Source: Camelus dromedarius
Taxonomy: Eukaryota
Assembly: GCF_036321535.1 (NCBI RefSeq)
Contig: NC_087437.1
Location: 36,768,001-36,832,000 of the forward strand
Length of the DNA: 64,000 nt
Direction: 5' to 3'
The position numbers and the translations under genes were made by a program. Of the stretch, positions 56,545-64,000 are shown piece by piece. Positions within the stretch are counted from its first letter, which is position 1, and every line of letters starts with the position of its first letter. The notes below the pieces were generated by a model that was not told the DNA's origin, did no database searches, and saw only the letters and a program-made list of their open reading frames with translations.

Positions 56545-58164
56545 GGTTAGAGGCTGGTACCAGGGGTAGCGAGTAACAGCTGGGTTATGGTGGCTGTCGT
56601 CCTGGATAATATTTGCCCTTGTATGAAGGAAGTGAGGAGCTGGATAATACAAGGAGCAAACAGCAGGATTAAGCTAATGGTAATGAGGGGCCCCAGGACC
56701 GGGAACAACCAGCAGCCCCAGGGAGAATTTAGCCACTAGGTGTCTGACTCACTAGTGCATTTCCTTGCTTGTTCTGGGAGGCTGGCGATCGCAGCTGGGA
56801 CAATTCCTGACTTGTTGGCATAGAAACAGCATTCCTCCTGTAAGAAAGCACAGGTTCCTCCCTCTCCACTGTTAGGAGGTCTATGATAGGCTATTCTATT
56901 CTGAAGGACAATGGCCGCAAGGGAGTCTACTTGATCTTGGAGGTTGGCAGGCTGTAGGGCTATTTCTCTGAGTCTCTGAGTGAGCTCCTGGGACAAATAC
57001 TTGAATTTGGTGAGGGCCATTGTTATTCTTGCTGTGCTGGTGCCCTCTCCCACTGAGATGCCCAGGGGACCCAAAGGGGTACTAGCTGTATGGCCCGTTT
57101 GGTTCAGGGTGTTCACACCGGGAGTAGGATGGGTACATTTCCATTAGTAATAATAATGTCTGGTGTGAGGTAGGCAAGGGTGCATGTGCCAGTCCAATTA
57201 GTTGGGAGGCAAAGATATGTGGTGGATCCACAGAGGAAAAGGACTCCATGTTTAGGATTAAGGCATTCCTGCATGTGGAGGAAAAGGAAAGGATGTAGAG
57301 AGGAGGCATCCCTGTGGTCACCTCCCTTTCATTCCCAGGATTGGATAGAGTGAGAGATGGTGGCAGCACCGAGGGCCTGGAGGGAAATTTGGTGTGACAA
57401 GGGTGGGATGCCTGTCTGTCTGAGACTAAGTGGTGTCTGAGGGTATCCAGGTAAATGTTAAAGTTGAAGAGTTGAGGGGAGAGCTTTCTGCATGTGGTGG
57501 GGCTACCTCCTTTGTCATCTTGTATTCCCAAGAGGTTACTTACATGAGAGGAGTTGTGGCCCTGGCAGTAGAGGGACCCGGTGACTGTGTTAGTCTGAGA
57601 TATGGTAGGAGGGCAGGTGATCCATAGGGGATAAGTGGATCCATATCCTGAGTCTGGATATCTGGAGCGGGGATGAGAATGGTGTACTTACAGTTTTTGG
57701 TGGAGCCAATTGGGTGTCCTTGGGGAAAGGAGGAGTGAGGGGTACAAAGTGGTGGAGTGATTTTCCCGACCATAGTTGATGGTCCTGTGGCACTGATAAT
57801 AGGCCATCCCTTGACATCATAGTGGGTGAGTTACTGGTCTCACTCGTTTTTTAAGCAGTGTGCAAGTGAGTGAAGAGGAAACCTGGAGATCTCCCAGAAG
57901 GCTGAACCTCATTCAGGGGTGATGTAGAGACCAGGCTCCGTAGTAATCCATGCCATTACTCAGGCAGGGAAGGCAGTGTAGGAGTTTCCCGAAGTGGGAA
58001 GGCAAATCCAGCAATTGGTTGTGTAGGAGGAGTTGCCCTGGTCTATAAACTCCAGGATGAGATTAAGGGAGCGATGAAGGTATAGTGGGAGAGGGAGACT
58101 GGGATTTACCCATGAAGGGGGAAGGAAACATGAAGATAAAGAGGTAGGAAAGGAGTCTATTCAT
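56545..58164 (-). pseudogene. env: ERV env (gamma-type SU-TM), disrupted
   Basis: Signal MNRLLSYLFIFM (ATG 58164); N-terminal YTTNCWICLP..TAFPA (CWIC 58002-58013); LFLCGSTTYLCLPTNWTGTCTLAYLTPD; furin-like TKR/AIQL; QVDSLAAIVLQNR; CAFLQEECC; MSD WLFPVLGPLITISLILLFAPC. Several stops and frameshifts. Confidence 0.93.
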
Positions 58165-58577
58165 ATTGGTGGAAAGGGAAAGGGATTGGTCATGAGGGTC
58201 AAAGAAATGACAGATGAGCTCCCACCCTTGGGAGCAGAGCGTAAAATCCCCCTGTAGGAAGGCATCCCACAGGAAAGTGAGGAGAGTTTGTCCAAAGAAG
58301 GGAGTTTCGGATAAGGATAAGAGAATTTGTTCTGCAAGAGTTACCTGTAGGGGGTTTTGAATTCGAGTGCAGAAGGGGCAGTGGCAAGGGGGTCTGTTCA
58401 TTGAAAGCCTGAAGGTTTAGGGTCTAGATAGGGCAAGGTTTATTTTTGATCTAGGAGGGCAATAGCAGACAAGAAGAATTAATACTATGATGGCAATGAG
58501 GAAGACATAGGCAAGAAGTCAAGAGCCGTTAGTGGGGTCAGTTAGGCAGGTGATCATTGGTGATGAGCTCTTGGCTG

Positions 58578-59941
58578 TCAACTACAGATGGTGGGTTGTC
58601 TTCCAGGATTCGGGTCAGATGAAGTTTGGTTGCCCCTGAGGGAATGCAGTGGAAGTGCGGGAATCTGTTGTTTAGGGTTGGGATCAGAAGGGGCTCTTTT
58701 TAGTTGTGAGTTGTTTACCCAATGTGGGAGGGTCACAAGTTTGGCCGTAGTTGGGGTAGTTATTGCAACCTGATAGGGTCCCTGCCATTTGGGCGCTAGC
58801 GAGGTGGAGGTGGTCTTCTGTCTCAGGTATACCCAGTCCTCAGGGGAGAGGGCCAAGGGTGAATCAGTAGGTTCACATGTTTAGAGCAATGGGAGGGTCT
58901 CTTCAGCATATTGTTGGATGAGGTGTCTGGTGAGGTGCAGAGAAGGCCAAATGTCAGGGAGTTGGGGGGTCGGAAGAGAGGTTGTGTAAGGCCAAAGGCC
59001 TTCCGTATAACAGCTGGAAAGGGTTTAAGTTGGTGGGTTTTGAGGGGAGTGTTCAGAGCCCGAGGAGAGCTAAAGGAAGAAGCTGGGTCCAGGAGAGTTT
59101 TAATTTTAGAGTTAGTTTGGGTAGGTGTTGTTTTAAGAGAGCATTGGCTCTCTCCACCTTACCGGAGGATTGGGGTCTACAGGGGATATGAAACTTACAG
59201 GAGATGTTTAGGGCTCTGGCGCATGTTGGGAAATTTCAGAAGTAAAGGCTGGGCTATTGTCTGTTTGTAAGCTGGCTGGGAGCCCGAAGCGGGGGATGAT
59301 GTGCTGTAGCAAGACTGAAGAAACGGTCTGGGCCTTTTCTGAAGTGGATGGGAAAGCCTCATTCCATCCTGTAAAGGTGTCAACTAAGGTCAGAAGATAC
59401 TTAAATTTTTTGTAGGGGGACATGTGGGTAAAATCTAGCTGCCAATTTTGTCCAGGGAGGTGTCCTCATGCTTGGTGTGTGGGAAAAGGTGGTGGCCTAA
59501 TGACTTCTTGGGGGGATGTTTTGCACCTAGTGGTGCAGACGAGAGTGACTTGCTGTAAAGTAGGGGATAGGAAATACTGGGTTAATGTTTGATAGAGGGG
59601 GAGGCGTCCAGAGTGAAACTGAGAGTGAATTTGTTCTAGGATCTGTTTTTCTCATGATTTTGGGAGTATGATTTTGGAATTGAGCATGAATCATCCCTGA
59701 ACCATAGGGCAACCCTGAGTTTGATGTGTGTGTTGTTTGTCTCTGGTATATATGGGTTTGATTTGTGGAAAGACGAGGAGGAGTTTGGGTATGTTTTGGG
59801 GTTTGATGGACTCCCTGGTGGCCCTTTTTGCACTAGCATCCACAGAAGCATTGCCCCAGGCTATGTTGTTTTCTGGAACTTGATGTCCTTTGCAATGGAG
59901 GATAGCTGCAGCTGTTGGAAGTAGGGCTGCTGCTTTTAAGA
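58578..59941 (-). pseudogene. pol: ERV pol remnant (RNase H C-terminus plus integrase), frameshifted with stops
   Basis: ORF-track pieces 59208..59423 (DDE core) and 58578..58856 (LAPKWQGPYQV GPY/F module); HCKGHQ motif near 59880-59900. Confidence 0.92.
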
Positions 59942-61759
59942 ATTACAAAGTATTGAATATAGTTCTTTGTGCTATACAATAGGAACTTGTTGTTTATAGA
60001 TAGTTTTATTTTTATCTATTTTTAAACTATTTATCTTTTTTTTATCTGCAAATCCCAAACTCCCAATTTATCCCTCCCCACCCCCTTTCCCTCCTAGTGA
60101 CAGTAAATTTATTTTCTATGTCTGTGGGTATGTTTCTGTTTTGTAAGTAAGCTTATTTGTGTCCTTTTTTTTTTTTAAAGATTCCACATATAAGTGATAT
60201 CATGTGGTATTTTTCTTTCTCTTTCTGGCTTACTTCACTTATTATGATGATCTCTAGGTCCATCAATATTGCTGCAAATGGCATTACTTTGTTCTTTTTA
60301 TGGCTGAGTAGTATTCCATTGCTTATATATACCACAACTTCTTTATCCAAACATCTGTCGATGAACATTTAGGTTGTTTCCATGTCTCGGCTATTGTAAA
60401 TAGTGCTGCTGTGAACATTAGGGTCCATGTGTTTTTTCAAATTAGAGTTTCCTCTGGATATATGCCCAGGAGTGGGATTCCAAATCATAGGGTAAGTCTG
60501 TTTTCACTGAAAAGTAAGTGGAAACAGGCAGAAAGACTCTTACACAACCAAGGCTGTGAGAAAGATATACATGAAATCTGGTAGAAAGGAAAGAAGAGTG
60601 ATCAGGTAGGGACCTGTGCCTGTGGGAGGGGACTCAGAGGAAACTGGGCCGAGATCTGCACTGGAGAGTGAGCAGATGTAGCCACAAAATGGGCACCACA
60701 GATCTGAGCTCAGTCACAGGGAAGACAAGTCCTCTTGGCTGGTTGGAGGACCACGGGACTAACAGGGAAGCCTGGACTCCACTTGTGAGGAGTATGTACA
60801 CACTGGCTTTCTCCTGAGGCAGAGTGTAGAGGGCAGATTGAGGACTGCTCCAGTGGCTGTCCAGTTTTCGATGACCACCTCAGTATGTATCCCAGCCTGA
60901 GCTGAGCTAATGCTCCAGTCCTGCTTACATCACCTCAAAGCTTCTCAGTGGAGCAGTGAGATGGGAGAGAGTTCCACAGTGGGATGCAGAGACAACTGGA
61001 CCTGCAGTGGCATTTGCAGATGCTTGCATGGGCAGTGCTTCAGGGACAGTCAGGATTTCTAATTGTGGCCAGACCACCACAGCCCATTTTCCATACACAC
61101 TGAGGGGCCGCATGGGCCCTGCCTGCCCTGCAGAGTAGCTCCACAAACAGGGTAGGGGAAGCAGGGTATGGGGGAGTGATCAGTTGTGAGGAACAAAGGA
61201 AACTTAGTTGCCATTGCTAGTGTTTGCACAGAGAACACATCCACTGCAGACTGAACCTCTGCCTGAGGCTCGCCTGCTTCAGCTCTCACCCTGTCACAAG
61301 GCAAGAGTCCATGCTGACCCTCTTACTCCAGCACTACTCCCCTCTGGGGCAAGGGTACTCGTGTTGGGAGAGCAGAGAGATACACTTTAAGAGAACAGAG
61401 CCTACTCAGACTTGACCCACAGGACTTCTGCTCTATTGACTTCGGACCCAGTCTTCCCCCTTTAGAGCAGTGAAGGTCACTGAGTATAAAGTTCCACCTC
61501 ATGCCTGCCTTGGACCCTAGCTCCTTCATCTCCAGCCCCACCTCCTACCAAGTCATTAGCTGACAGTACACCCTGGAGGAAAGACATTACTTCTGTTTCT
61601 GTCAAATCTAACTCTCCCACCCAAGGCACTGGGCACATGAAAAGTGTATAGACATGCTACCACATAACAATGCCATTCAAGACTATGATAGGTAAATGTT
61701 TCACATAAATTCATAGAGTCACATAAAATCACATAAATTCATAGAGAAAGTTAAGCAAA

Positions 61760-62455
61760 ATGAAAAGACAGAGGAACTGGTCTCAGTTGAAAGAGCAACA
61801 ACAACAAAAATCCTTGAAAAAATAATGAAACAAATAAAAAATTTATCACATAATGAATTCAAAGTATTAGTAATAAAAATGCCAGCTGAATTAGGGAAGA
61901 GAATATATGAACACAATGAGAATTTTAATAAGAAAGTAGCAAATATAAAGAACCAGTCAGAACTGAAAAATACAATAACTGAAATGGAAAAGACACCAGA
62001 AGGAATGAATAGCAGACTAAGTGATATAGATGCACACTTAAGTGAACTGGAAGATAGAATACTGGAAATCACCCAATCAGAGCAGCAAAAAGAATAACAA
62101 ACTTTAAAAATGAGAGCAGCTTAAGAGATCTTTGGGCTAACATGAAACTTACCAGCATTGACATTATAGAGGTCCGAGAAGAAGAGATCGAGAAAGGGGT
62201 CAAAATATATTTGATGAAATTATGGCTGAAACTTCCCAAACAAAGAAGGAAACATATATCTAGGTACAGGAAACACACAGGGTCCTAAAGAAGATTAACC
62301 CAAATAGACCCACACCAAGACATATCATAATTAAATTGGCAAAAGTTAAAGACAGAATTTTAAAGGCAGTAAGGGAAAAGCAGAGTGCTATGCTAGGGAA
62401 ACCCCATAAGTCTGTCAGCTGATTTTTCTGCAGAAACATTACAAGCCAGAAAGAT
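61760..62455 (+). pseudogene. L1 ORF1p remnant (coiled coil and RRM)
   Basis: EFKVLVIKM..ELKNTITEMEKTPEGMNSRL..ELEDRILEITQSEQQKE, then INPNRPTPRHIIIKLAKVKDRILKAVR and PISLSADFSAETLQARK. Confidence 0.9.
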
Positions 62456-62466
62456 GCAGAAGACAC

Positions 62467-62467
<1 letters not shown>

Positions 62468-62500
<33 letters not shown>

Positions 62501-62561
62501 TATATATATATATAAATAAATATATATATATAGACACACACACACACACATACACATACAC
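62468..62561. repeat. (GT)n-(TA)n-(AC)n compound microsatellite forming an inverted repeat
   Basis: GTGT..GTCTATATATATATA TAAATAAA TATATATATATAGACAC..AC. Confidence 0.95.
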
Positions 62562-63589
62562 AAATATACAGAAGAGAAGCTGGTGGATACTAGTGGTGAG
62601 AGGGAGGAGGAGAGGGGGAAGATAAGGATAGAGGATTAAGAGATACAAACTCCTATGTATAAAATATATAAGCAACAAGGATATACTTTACAGCACAGGA
62701 ATATATAGTCATTATTTTGTAATAACTTTAAAGGGAGTGAAATCTATAAAAATATTGAATCACTGTGCTATAAATCTGAAACTAATACAGCATTGTAAAT
62801 CAAGTATACTTTAAGACAAATAATAATAATTTTGAAATTTAACAAAACAAATAATTTGGCCATTAATTGAGTTGTCTTTTTATTGTTGAGATGTAATAGT
62901 TCTAGTTTTTTCCCCCTGTTCTATGGGTTGTCTTTTCACTCTGAATAGTCTCTGTTGAGGTGCAAAAGTTTTAAATTTTACGTCTAATTTTTTTTTTCAC
63001 TTGTCCTTAGTTTCATATCTAAGAAACTATCCAATCCCAAGGTCATAAAGATTTCTACCTGTGTTTTCTCCTAAGAATTTCATAGTTTTAACTTTCATGT
63101 GTTACTCTTTGATACATTTTATCACATCAAACTCTCATTTCACTTCTTAACCTGTTCCTGTAACTCTACATTTAAACTTACTGTTAAAATTAACACATTA
63201 TGATGCAACATTTCAAAGACGATGAGTTTACCAGAATGTGCAGTCTCTTCTACAACCATAAGTAATTCTTCAGTATCACATTTATTGTTTGAGAAATGCC
63301 ATATACCATTTACCTTAGTATGCATGTGTACATAAGTATGTATTATATATTGATTTGCCAGATAATATGCTAGTATTATATTACTATTCTAGTTAAAGGA
63401 GATATTTTATATCTATATTGTCAAAAATGTTCACTTTAGCTCCACGTTTTATTTAAGATCATGTCAAATTTTACTTTGCTCTCTTAGTGGACTGTGACTA
63501 CTTAATTTTTTTTCTTTTCTTTTCTTTTTTTCTTCTTTTTTATTGAGGTATCTGATTGACTTTCTTTTTTCCTTGTTGATGATAAAAAT

Positions 63590-64000
63590 TTAACCCTTCC
63601 CTGTAGTATCAAGATTATCATCCATTTGCTCAGGTCAAAACCTTAGAGTCATCTTTGATTCTTCATTTTTCCTTATCTCACACATGAAATTTGTCAATAA
63701 ATCCAATAAATCCCATTGATTCTACTTTCAAAATGTGTTCAGAGTCCATCCATGTGTGATTTGAATGGATTCCATATCTATAACTTTTTATCTAGCCTGT
63801 ACTATTGTAAAAGTTTTCTAAATGGTCTTACTGCCATCTGTCTACTATCTATGCCCACTCTATTTATAATACAATATTCAGAGGGGTTTTTCTTTGAAAA
63901 GAAGACAGGATATGTCACCCATTGGATCAAACTCCACTTTTTGTCTTGTGTCTTGTTCAGAGTGAAACTAGAAGACTTTATGTTGATCTAAATGACTTTT
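63590..64000 (+). mobile_element. L2 fragment
   Basis: TTGCTCAGGTCAAAACCTTAGAGTCATCTTTGATTC..TCTACTTTCAAAATG..CTGTACTATTGTAAAAG. Confidence 0.75.

Larger units (their letters stand above)
55848..59941 (-). mobile_element. Class I (gamma-like, HERV-H/F-related) endogenous retrovirus, 5'-truncated: RNaseH end-IN-env-3'LTR
   Basis: Minus-strand translations give RNase H (LKAAALLPTAAAILHCKGHQ..GNASVD), integrase (WQLDFTHM..VDTFTGW..IIPRFGLPASLQTDN..WQGPY) and env (CWIC, LQNR, CX6CC). The LTR ends ...CTCTCTAACA. TSD ATTAC at 55843-55847 and 59942-59946 interrupts an L1 3' end. Confidence 0.95.
55711..60504 (-). mobile_element. Young L1 3' end (ORF2 C-terminus + 3'UTR), split by the ERV (55711-55847 and 59942-60504)
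   Basis: PolyT at 55711; closely similar to 2508-3180 and 48225-48830; ORF 60153..60368 (KVMPFAA..EVSQKEKEKYHMISLICG) is the L1 ORF2 end. Confidence 0.9.
55616..62847 (+). mobile_element. L1 with 5'UTR + partial ORF1 joined directly to a 3'UTR (ORF2 absent); hosts the young L1 and the ERV
   Basis: 5'UTR 55616-55710 resumes at about 60504 (GGAACAACTC|..TCACTGAAAA); ORF1 from ATG 61760; 3'UTR about 62562-62847; 14-bp TSD CAAATAATATGACC (55602-55615) / CAAATAATTTGGCC (62848-62861). Confidence 0.85.
54762..63120 (-). mobile_element. Old L1MA/MB-type 3' region, outermost host of the nest (54762-55615 and 62848-63120)
   Basis: Typical minus-strand L1 3'UTR/ORF2 end (..GTGGTTTTAATTTGCATTCCTCTAGTGATTAATGAT..TTTGGAGAAATACCTATTCAAAT) continues after 62861 (..GTCTTTTTATTGTTGAG..). 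Confidence 0.8.

Noticed and set aside
56545..58164. Functional syncytin-like gene
   Set aside because: Multiple stops and frameshifts including in the immunosuppressive domain and before the MSD; no 5' LTR promoter.
55848..59941. L1-retroposed (processed) ERV transcript
   Set aside because: U5 terminal CA is present, there is no polyA, and the TSD is only 5 bp.
60925..61541. Cluster of GC-richer ORFs or a possible promoter
   Set aside because: Explained as L1 5'UTR; CpG-depleted.
1..64000. CRISPR arrays, operons, rRNA or other prokaryotic systems
   Set aside because: Mammalian repeat landscape with no regularly spaced repeats and no dense coding.

Overview
AT-rich, repeat-dense mammalian DNA that is either gene desert or deep intron. 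It is probably camelid or another non-ruminant cetartiodactyl, inferred from a tRNA-Ala-derived Vic-1-like SINE, the young L1 3' ends, and no Bov-A/BovB/PRE1/Alu that I could recognise. I cannot support any host protein-coding gene; nearly all ORF-track entries are chance frames or decayed TE frames. The window holds many L1 fragments of different ages, L2/MIR, MaLR and ERV1 solo LTRs, old DNA transposons and microsatellites. The highlight is a four-level nested insertion at about 54.8-63.1 kb. Its innermost layer is a decayed HERV-H/F(FRD)-like class I provirus (55848-59941, minus) with three oddities. (1) It has no 5' LTR, gag or RT, yet carries a 5-bp TSD abutting mid-RNase H. (2) Two candidate accessory ORFs lie between pol and env. 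(3) A second, divergent env transmembrane/cytoplasmic-tail relic lies behind the main env. Repeat family names come from recalled consensus features and need Dfam/RepeatMasker confirmation.
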